45,964 bases of DNA from Terriglobia bacterium (GCA_020072905.1 JAIQGB010000060.1:1-45964), one strand, 5' to 3'. Positions 19,504-26,005 are shown, counted from the first letter of the stretch. The notes: generated from the letters alone by a model not told the origin. A program made the numbers and translations.

Positions 19504-19605
19504 GTGAATAGCGAATTGTGAACGCCGAATCGCGTCATGCGGACAAGCAGGAAACTAGGGCAAGCGCTGCGCACCTTTCATAATTCGCAATTCACTATTC
19601 ACTAT
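19504..19605. repeat. Heptamer-array hairpin C ((GTGAATA)n left arm, (TATTCAC)n right arm)
   Basis: Left arm 19504-19531 is GTGAATA GCGAATT GTGAACG CCGAATC. Right arm 19582-19605 is AATTCGC AATTCAC TATTCAC TAT. Positions 19504-19522 pair with 19584-19602 at 17/19 plus one G-T. The element starts 6 nt after the B12-subunit stop. Confidence 0.8.
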
Positions 19606-19616
19606 CCAAAACTGAT

Positions 19617-20222
19617 TTGGAACTCTATTCGCACAATTCGGCCGCCGTCCTTACCTTCCCACCAGGGGAAGGGTACCCTCGGCTGACGCGTGCCGTCCTG
19701 GTGGAGCTTGTCAATATCCTAAATATCATCGAACGCGATAAGGTCTTTCACGGCATCGTCATCGCCGCGCATGGCGAATCTTTTGCCACCGGCGCCGACG
19801 TCGAGGAGATCGTCAAACTCAGGGGCATTGGCGCGCAGGAGTTCGCGCGCGCCGGGCAGGCTGTCTTCGAAAAGATCGCGCGCTTCCCTCTTCCCGTTGT
19901 CGCCGCCGTCCGCGGCTATTGCCTGGGCGGAGGGCTGGACTTGGCGCTGGCCTGCCACGCCCGCGTCGCAACGTATGACGCTTCATTCGGCCATCCGGGT
20001 GCTGCACTTGGCCTCCTGACAGGCTGGGGAGGTACGCAGCGACTGCCACGCCTGATTGGCAAGGCGCAGGCGCTGCATATGCTCCTCACTGGCGACCGGG
20101 TTCCGGCGACTCAGGCGCTGACGCTGGGCATGGTTGATGAACTCGTGCCCTCGGAAGACTTGATCGCTGCCGCGGCCCGCCGCGCGGCCCGCAGTGAAAC
20201 CCGCTCATTTTGCAACTGGTGA
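19617..20222 (+). CDS. Short enoyl-CoA hydratase/isomerase (crotonase-fold) protein
   Basis: TTG start. Crotonase motifs: FATGADVEEI, VAAVRGYCLGGGLDLALACH, and the oxyanion region GHPGAALGLLTGWGGTQRLPRLIG. At 201 aa it lacks the usual C-terminal helices. Confidence 0.75.
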   Translation: MELYSHNSAAVLTFPPGEGYPRLTRAVLVELVNILNIIERDKVFHGIVIAAHGESFATGADVEEIVKLRGIGAQEFARAGQAVFEKIARFPLPVVAAVRGYCLGGGLDLALACHARVATYDASFGHPGAALGLLTGWGGTQRLPRLIGKAQALHMLLTGDRVPATQALTLGMVDELVPSEDLIAAAARRAARSETRSFCNW

Positions 20223-20228
20223 GTATCC

Positions 20229-20513
20229 ATGACCTCGGAGAAGCTCGTCTTCCGCGCCCACGCCCTCCGTCGGATGTTCCGGCGTGGCATCGGCCTCGAC
20301 GAGGTCCACCAGGCTCTCTCCACAGGCGAAACCATCGAAAGCTATCCGCAGGATATCCCTTACCCCAGCCGCTTGGTGCTAGGATGGTCGGGGAACCGAG
20401 CACTCCATATCGTTACGGCCGACAACACCGAGGATCGAGAGACCATCGTAATCACAGTGTATGAGCCGGACCCTGCCCTTTGGAATACCGACTTCAGAAG
20501 GAGGAAGCCGTGA
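20229..20513 (+). CDS. DUF4258-like small toxin candidate
   Basis: 94 aa. The pattern F..HA..RM..RGI...EV......G..IE.YP.D.P.P..L.LG....+.LH.V.A........VITVY.P....W matches my memory of DUF4258. Its stop overlaps the next start (GTGA). Confidence 0.7.
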   Translation: MTSEKLVFRAHALRRMFRRGIGLDEVHQALSTGETIESYPQDIPYPSRLVLGWSGNRALHIVTADNTEDRETIVITVYEPDPALWNTDFRRRKP

Positions 20514-20737
20514 TCTGTATCATCTGTAAACAGGCACACACCCGAAACGGGAAAGCGACGGTTACCCTCGAGCGAGGCGCGACTACGATTATCGTCAAGG
20601 GCGTCCCCGCTCGCATTTGCCCCAATTGCGGCGAGGAATACGTCGAAGAGGATATTTCTGCTGAGCTATTGAAAAGCGCAGAAGCCGCCGCGAAGTCAGG
20701 GGTGCAGGTGGACATCAGAGAATACGTTGTGGCGTAG
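20510..20737 (+). CDS. YgiT-type (MqsA N-terminal-like) zinc-finger antitoxin candidate, no HTH domain
   Basis: GTG 20510 preceded by AGGAGGAAGCC. Two CxxC knuckles (CIICKQ ... CPNCGEEY) flank the VTLERG..IIVKGVPARIC pattern. It is 75 aa and overlaps the toxin stop by 4 nt. Confidence 0.7.
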   Translation: MICIICKQAHTRNGKATVTLERGATTIIVKGVPARICPNCGEEYVEEDISAELLKSAEAAAKSGVQVDIREYVVA

Positions 20738-20769
20738 GCACCCGCTGAGATTCTGCGCAAGGAGGGCGC

Positions 20770-22044
20770 ATGCGACCCGTCTACATGATTTCCGGTGGGA
20801 TCACGAAATTCTCCAAGGCGAATCCGCGCCAAAGCTTTCGCCTGATGGTGAAGGAATCCTTCGACTACGCGCTGCGCGATGTGCCCAAGCTCCGCCGCGA
20901 GATGATTGACGGCAGCGTGGTCTCGTATTTTTCCGACCATTTCACCCGGCAGTTGATGGCCGGAATCATGGCGACGGATTTTCTGGGCCTTTGTCCGCGG
21001 CCGAACAAGCGCATCGAGGGTGGCGGCGCCACGGGCGGGCTCTGCTTTCAGGCGGCGTGGGAAGCGGTGGCTTCCGGCCGCATGGACGTCTGCGTGGCGT
21101 ACGGCTTCGAGACCATGTCACACGTGAACACCTGGAAGGGCAATGAGTTCATCGCGCTCGCCTCGGACACGAACTTCGATTATCCCGTCGGCGGCTTCTA
21201 CAGCGGCTATTACGCCATGATGGTGGTTCGCCACATGTACGAGTTCGGGACCACGGTCGAACAACTCGCCATGGTCTCGGTGAAGAATCACAAGAACGCG
21301 CTGCACAATGTCTGGGCACAGAAACACCTCGACCTCACAATTGAAGATGTGCGGAACTCGCCCATGGTCGCCTATCCGCTCACCATGCTCGATATTTGCA
21401 CGATGTCGGACGGCGCGGCGTGCTGCATCCTGGCCTCGGAGAAGGTCGCCGAAAAAGTCTGCCCCCATCCTGTGAAAATCACCGGCATCGGCACGGGCAC
21501 GGACGCCATGCGCATGTCCGACCGCCCGCACGGCGAGGTCCTTTTGCTCAAACACGAAGACCCGAGCTGGTACAAGAACTTGAAATATCCCGGCGTGCAT
21601 TCCTTCCGTGCCGGCCGCAACGCCGCCCGGCTCGCCTACGAGCACGCTGGGATCCAGAACCCGATCGAGGATCTGGATTTCATCGAATTGCACGACGCTT
21701 ACACGTCGTCGGAGATTCAGACTTACGAGGACCTCGGCCTGTGCCGTTACGGCGAGGGCGGAAAATTCATCGAAACGGGCGCGTCGGCATTGGACGGCAA
21801 ACTTCCCGTCAACCCTTCGGGCGGGTTGATTGCCTGCGGCCATCCCGTCGGCGCCACGGGACTGATGCAAGCGGTCTTCGCCTTTTGGCAGTTGCAGGGC
21901 AGCATCGCCAAGCACAACAACGGTGACGGCAAGATTCAAGTGAAGCCCAAGAAAAAATCACGGCCCATGCGCGGGCTGATTCATTCCCACGCCGGCACGG
22001 GGACGTATGTGACCGTGAGCATCATGGAGCGGACGAGCAAGTAA
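20770..22044 (+). CDS. Thiolase-like protein (SCPx/nonspecific lipid-transfer-type thiolase that partners with DUF35 proteins)
   Basis: ATG preceded by AAGGAGGG. Thiolase-fold motifs: GGGATGGLCF, DICTMSDGAACCILASE, ELHDAYTSSE, NPSGGLIACGHPVGATG. Confidence 0.85.
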   Translation: MRPVYMISGGITKFSKANPRQSFRLMVKESFDYALRDVPKLRREMIDGSVVSYFSDHFTRQLMAGIMATDFLGLCPRPNKRIEGGGATGGLCFQAAWEAVASGRMDVCVAYGFETMSHVNTWKGNEFIALASDTNFDYPVGGFYSGYYAMMVVRHMYEFGTTVEQLAMVSVKNHKNALHNVWAQKHLDLTIEDVRNSPMVAYPLTMLDICTMSDGAACCILASEKVAEKVCPHPVKITGIGTGTDAMRMSDRPHGEVLLLKHEDPSWYKNLKYPGVHSFRAGRNAARLAYEHAGIQNPIEDLDFIELHDAYTSSEIQTYEDLGLCRYGEGGKFIETGASALDGKLPVNPSGGLIACGHPVGATGLMQAVFAFWQLQGSIAKHNNGDGKIQVKPKKKSRPMRGLIHSHAGTGTYVTVSIMERTSK

Positions 22045-22045
22045 C

Positions 22046-22066
22046 GAGTGACACGTGACGAGTGAG
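22046..22066. repeat. Heptamer array E2 (GAGTGAC ACGTGAC GAGTGAG), reverse complement of family E
   Basis: Read directly. It begins 2 nt after the thiolase stop codon and contains the GTG start (22055) of the next ORF. Confidence 0.75.
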
Positions 22067-22492
22067 AAGCAGGCCCAGGAGAGCGAAGTCACTCTCCCCG
22101 CCCTCTCGAAGCGCGGGGCGCGCCGCGCCATTCAACGCGCCTTCGTGCTGGTGGGACGCGAGCGGGCGATTCGGCAGCATCTTCGCGAGGCCGAGCTCAC
22201 CACGCTCTGGACCATCGAGGACTGGGGTTTCGAGTGGACGGTGTTCTTCGATCACGGCCGGCTGGAATTCCACCGCGGCCGAGCCGGCAAGCCGCGGCTG
22301 ACTTATGCTTGGCGCACGGCGGACGGCTTCTTTAGCTACATCGAAGCTGGGACGCCCGATGCGAGCGGCTTGGAGTGCGCCGGCGACCCGGCGGTTCGCA
22401 AGCTCGCCGAGCCGGTCTTCACGGCTTTTGCCATCGCGCTCAGAACCGTGCTGGCGAACCCGATAGATGACGACGGAGAACCATTGCTGTAG
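22055..22492 (+). CDS. SCP2/sterol-carrier-like small protein (tentative)
   Basis: GTG start. The pattern LWTIEDWGFEWTVFFDHGRLEF....GKPRLTY.W.TADGFFSYIEAGT....GLECAGDPAVRKL resembles an SCP2 fold. Its position between the thiolase and DUF35 genes supports the call. Confidence 0.5.
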   Translation: MTSEKQAQESEVTLPALSKRGARRAIQRAFVLVGRERAIRQHLREAELTTLWTIEDWGFEWTVFFDHGRLEFHRGRAGKPRLTYAWRTADGFFSYIEAGTPDASGLECAGDPAVRKLAEPVFTAFAIALRTVLANPIDDDGEPLL

Positions 22493-22536
22493 GGGCGGGC
22501 TATGCCCCCCCGCGGGAGCGCTCAGCGCTCCCCTAC
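22489..22536. repeat. GC-rich palindromic intercistronic element
   Basis: GTAGGGG...CCCCTAC are the outer arms. The inner hairpin is GGGAGCG-CTCAG-CGCTCCC (22514-22532). It lies between the SCP2-like stop and the DUF35 start. Confidence 0.45.
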
Positions 22537-22553
22537 CAGATCAGGAGGCCCAA

Positions 22554-23117
22554 GTGGCAGACAAGAAACCTGTGCGAACCAGTTCAACGAAGCTTGGCAC
22601 CAAGCCCGAGTGGGACAAGCTCCGGCTGCCGGAGACGGACCAGGGCACGGTGGTCTTCAACACCGACCCGCTCATCCTCAAGAACCACTACGAGATCGAT
22701 TACCTCCACAGCTACGCCGAGGATTCGCCGTTCTTCGTCGGCCTGTCGCAGGGGAAGCTGTTGGGCAGCGAATGTACGAAGTGCCATTACCGATACGCAA
22801 CACCGCGCGCCTACTGCATGGAGTGCGGGAAGAAAACCAGATGGATCGAACTGCCGCTGGAAGGCAAAGTCCACACCTGGACCACGTGTTACTTCGGGTC
22901 AGAAGCCTTCCTCAAGGAGACGCCCTTCAATCTGGTGCTGGTCGAATTCGCGGGCGTCAATACTTTGTTTCTCGCGCGCCTGATCGGCGCCAAGCAGGAA
23001 GAAATGCGCGTGAGCATGAAGGTTCGCGCGCAATTTCGGCGCAACTCCAAGTTCGATCCCACCGATGTCTACTTCGTCCCCTCCGAGCCGGTCACGCCGC
23101 GCGAGGGCGCGGCCTAG
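22554..23117 (+). CDS. DUF35 Zn-ribbon/OB-fold protein (thiolase partner)
   Basis: GTG 22554 preceded by AGGAGG. The rubredoxin-like CTKCHYRYATPRAYCMECG is followed by an OB-fold (GKVHTWTTCYFG..FNLVLVEF). Confidence 0.8.
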   Translation: MADKKPVRTSSTKLGTKPEWDKLRLPETDQGTVVFNTDPLILKNHYEIDYLHSYAEDSPFFVGLSQGKLLGSECTKCHYRYATPRAYCMECGKKTRWIELPLEGKVHTWTTCYFGSEAFLKETPFNLVLVEFAGVNTLFLARLIGAKQEEMRVSMKVRAQFRRNSKFDPTDVYFVPSEPVTPREGAA

Positions 23118-23267
23118 AGCGGGTCCACAGAATAGACCAAGTGCGCAGAACCTGCCTGTGTGCTTTCCCAATCTCTCCTGTTTGACCCCGCGGTTGCTCA
23201 TAGTTTGCGGAATCGCCCTTTTGCTATAGACTGTCCCGCGGCGTCTGCTGAACCGGAGACCCTGACG

Positions 23268-23714
23268 ATGAATCCGCAACCACACACGGATTGGGCCAGC
23301 ACGACCTTTCGTGTCCGCTATGCCGAGACGGATCAGATGGGTGTGGTCTACTACGCGAACTACTTCGTGTGGTTTGAGATCGGGCGCACGGATTTTTGCC
23401 GCCAGCACGGGTTCGCCTATCGGGACATGGAGAAGGAAGACGGCTTGTGCATCATCGTGGCCGAAGCGCGCTGTCGGTTCAAGGCCCCGGCGAGATACGA
23501 TGACGAAATCGAGGTGCGGACCGCTCTGCGCGACATGCGCCGGCGCGTGCTGACGTTCGTTTACGAGGTCTACCGCAAATCTGATGAGACGTTGCTGGCA
23601 GAAGGCGAGACGGTCCACGTCATCACCGATCTAAACGGGCGCCCGCGCGCCTTGCCGGAGAAATATCGGGAGTTGCTGAAGGTAGGGGCGGAAGCGAATC
23701 GTGGACGCGGTTAG
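23268..23714 (+). CDS. YbgC/4HBT-family acyl-CoA thioesterase
   Basis: Hotdog-fold motif FRVRYAETDQMGVVYYANYFVWFEIGRTDF and ..CRFKAPARYDDEIEVRT. ATG 23268. Confidence 0.85.
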   Translation: MNPQPHTDWASTTFRVRYAETDQMGVVYYANYFVWFEIGRTDFCRQHGFAYRDMEKEDGLCIIVAEARCRFKAPARYDDEIEVRTALRDMRRRVLTFVYEVYRKSDETLLAEGETVHVITDLNGRPRALPEKYRELLKVGAEANRGRG

Positions 23715-23716
23715 GA

Positions 23717-23740
23717 CAGAAGTCAGGAGCCAGAAGTCAG
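23717..23740. repeat. Heptamer array A2 (CAGAAGT CAGGAGC CAGAAGT CAG)
   Basis: Read directly. It starts 3 nt after the thioesterase stop and lies 23 nt upstream of the hutH ATG. Confidence 0.8.
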
Positions 23741-23762
23741 ACGCAAGACCCCGAAGAAGTCA

Positions 23763-25277
23763 ATGCCAGATGCAATTCTTCTTACCGGACAAAGTCTGAC
23801 GCGCAAGGAATTCTGCGCGGTGGTTCTCCAAGGCCGTCGTGTCGGGCTCCACCGGCGCGCCCGAATTGCCATGCGGCAATCGCGCGCGCTGGTCGAGAAG
23901 CTCATTGCTCAGAAGAAAGTCGTCTATGGCGTTTCGACGGGTTTCGGAGCGCTCTCCACCGAACGCGTCGAGCCGGCTCAGGCGCGCCAACTGCAATTGA
24001 ACCTTGTGCGCAGCCACGCCTGCGGAGTCGGCGAGCCCCTCAGCGAAGCGGAAACACGTGGAGTGCTCCTGCTCCGCGCCAACGCCCTGGCGCGCGGCCT
24101 TTCGGGTGTAAGACCGCTGGTGGTGGAATTGCTCTGCGATTTTCTGAACGCCGGCGTCCATCCCCTGATTCCTGCCAAGGGCTCAGTGGGAGCGAGCGGC
24201 GACCTCGCACCACTCGCCCATGTGGCGCTGGCGCTCGTCGGAGAGGGTGAAGTCATCTTCCGCGGCCGCCGGCTCGCCGCTTCAAAAGCCTTGAGAGCCA
24301 TCGGCCGGAAACCTCTCGTCCTCGAAGCCAAAGAGGGCTTGGCGCTCCTGAACGGCACTCAGGCAATGCTTTCTCTCGGACTCCTGGCGTTGCGGGAGGC
24401 AGAAATCCTTGTGGGTACGGCCGACGTGGCCGGTGCGCTCTCGCTCGACGCGCTGCGCGGCTCGCCCGCGGCATTTGACGAACGCTTGCAGCAGGCGCGC
24501 CCTCACCCCGGGCAAATCATCACGGCGCGGAACCTTCTCCGCCTGAACCACGGCAGCGGCATTCGCAAGTCCCACCGGGATTGCGCGCGCGTGCAGGATG
24601 CTTACAGCTTGCGCTGTATGCCGCAAGTTCACGGGGCGGTGCGCGATGCGCTGGCCTACGCCGTGCGGGTTCTCGAGATCGAGATGAACAGCGCTACAGA
24701 CAACCCCCTGGTCTTCGCCGATGACGGCGAAGTGATCTCCGGAGGAAATTTCCACGGCCAGCCGCTTGCCACCGCACTCGATTTGATGGCCATTGCGCTC
24801 ACGCAACTCGCCGGGATTTCCGAGCGGCGCATCGATCGTCTGGTCAATCCGCTCACCTCCGAACTGCCGGCGTTCCTTACGCGCGGTCATGGTTTGGAGT
24901 CGGGTTTCATGCTGGCGCAGGTTACGGCCGCGGCGCTGGCCTCGGAGAATAAGATCTTCGCGCATCCCGCGTCGGTGGATTCCATTCCAACTTCCGGGAA
25001 CAAGGAAGACTATGTCAGCATGGGGATGACGGCGGCCCTGAAGCTGCGGCCCATTCTTGCCAACGTGCGCACGGTGCTGGCGATTGAGCTTCTCGCCGCG
25101 TGCCAGGCCCTGGACCTTCTTGCCCCCCTGCGCAGCGGCGCGGGGGCGGAGCAAGCGCATGCCTTGGTGCGGCGCGCCTCGCCGTTCGTCAAAGCCGACC
25201 GCCGCCTCGACCGCGATATTGCACGCGTGGCAAGTCTCGTCGAGGCCGGGAAGGTCAGCTCGATCCTGAAGAAGTAG
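23763..25277 (+). CDS. hutH: Histidine ammonia-lyase
   Basis: It contains the MIO-forming GASGDLAPLAH motif. NLVRSHACGVG carries the Ser-His pair typical of HAL rather than PAL/TAL. It is full length at 504 aa. Confidence 0.9.
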   Translation: MPDAILLTGQSLTRKEFCAVVLQGRRVGLHRRARIAMRQSRALVEKLIAQKKVVYGVSTGFGALSTERVEPAQARQLQLNLVRSHACGVGEPLSEAETRGVLLLRANALARGLSGVRPLVVELLCDFLNAGVHPLIPAKGSVGASGDLAPLAHVALALVGEGEVIFRGRRLAASKALRAIGRKPLVLEAKEGLALLNGTQAMLSLGLLALREAEILVGTADVAGALSLDALRGSPAAFDERLQQARPHPGQIITARNLLRLNHGSGIRKSHRDCARVQDAYSLRCMPQVHGAVRDALAYAVRVLEIEMNSATDNPLVFADDGEVISGGNFHGQPLATALDLMAIALTQLAGISERRIDRLVNPLTSELPAFLTRGHGLESGFMLAQVTAAALASENKIFAHPASVDSIPTSGNKEDYVSMGMTAALKLRPILANVRTVLAIELLAACQALDLLAPLRSGAGAEQAHALVRRASPFVKADRRLDRDIARVASLVEAGKVSSILKK

Positions 25278-25291
25278 CATCTTCACTCGCC

Positions 25292-25945
25292 ATGCCCCCC
25301 ATTTCCGCCACGATCATCACGCGCAACGAGGCCGCGCATATTGCGCGCGCCCTCCGTTCCCTCGCCGGCGCGGACGAGATCGTCGTGGTCGATGCGGAAT
25401 CGACGGACGACACGCGCCAAATCGCCGCGGAGATGGGCGCGCGAGTGATCATCCGGCCCTGGGACGGTTTCGCCTCGCAGAAAAACTACGCCGCCGAACA
25501 AGCGCGCCACGACTGGGTTTTGAGCCTCTTCAAGCTCCGGCTGTTCGACCGGCAGCGCGGCCGGTGGGAGGGCGAGTTCGTCCACGAGTCGGTGGCGGTT
25601 TCGGGTCGGGTCGAGACGCTGTCGGGAGAGATCCTGCATTACACCTGCGACTCGCTTAGGGAGCACGGCGAACGAATCGAGTTCTACACCGACCTGGCGG
25701 CCCAGGAGATGTTTGCGCACGGCGAGCGCGTGAGCCTCCTGCGCCGGGGGCTCGCGCCACCCTGGGTGTTCTTTTCCACCTACTTTCTTCGACTCGGCGT
25801 TCTCGATGGGCCGCAGGGATTTCTGATTGCCTGGATGGCGGCACGGTATGTGCAGAGGAAGTATCAGAAGTGGGCACAGCTTCGCGAAGAGCAGAAGTCA
25901 GAAGTCAGGAGCCAGAAGTCAGGGGGGCAAACTCCGGACGTGTGA
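25292..25945 (+). CDS. Family 2 glycosyltransferase (WaaE/KdtX-like) with an apparent in-frame internal deletion removing the DxD region
   Basis: The N-terminus ISATIITRNEA..IVVVDAESTDDT..HDWVLSL joins directly to FKLRLFDRQRGRWEGEFVHE. The expected D-A-D-E motif and about 50 following residues are absent. The C-terminal tail QKSEVRSQKSGG is encoded by heptamer array A3. Confidence 0.7.
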   Translation: MPPISATIITRNEAAHIARALRSLAGADEIVVVDAESTDDTRQIAAEMGARVIIRPWDGFASQKNYAAEQARHDWVLSLFKLRLFDRQRGRWEGEFVHESVAVSGRVETLSGEILHYTCDSLREHGERIEFYTDLAAQEMFAHGERVSLLRRGLAPPWVFFSTYFLRLGVLDGPQGFLIAWMAARYVQRKYQKWAQLREEQKSEVRSQKSGGQTPDV

Positions 25946-25999
25946 GGTCCTCTGCCTGGCTTGCGAGTTTCTAATTTCCAGTTTCCGGTTTCGGCTTTC
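25892..25999. repeat. Heptamer arrays A3 ((CAGAAGT)n, 25892-25922) and G (GAGTTTC TAATTTC CAGTTTC CGGTTTC GGCTTTC, 25965-25999)
   Basis: Period-7 words read directly. The pair spans the GT2 3' end, its stop codon and the spacer to the GT4 gene. Confidence 0.75.
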
Positions 26000-26005
26000 T
26001 CTCGC

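Noticed and set aside
19617-20222. Crotonase truncated at its 3' end by the TA cassette insertion
   Set aside because: Removing the cassette at the ACCCGCT direct repeat gives a crotonase only 5 residues shorter (..SETR*). The short 196-201 aa length therefore predates the insertion, and only the last few codons were altered.
20229-22072. Shared MTSEK N-terminus of the DUF4258 toxin (20229) and the SCP2-like ORF (22055) as evidence of relatedness
   Set aside because: The nucleotide sequences differ (ATGACCTCGGAGAAG versus GTGACGAGTGAGAAG) and the similarity ends after five residues. It is coincidence.
23763-25277. Ammonia-lyase as a PAL/TAL for phenylpropanoid-type secondary metabolism
   Set aside because: The selectivity position reads Ser-His (NLVRSHACG), as in histidine ammonia-lyases. 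It is not Phe-Leu (PAL) or His-Leu (TAL). The absence of hutU and hutI in the window is noted, but it does not change the call.
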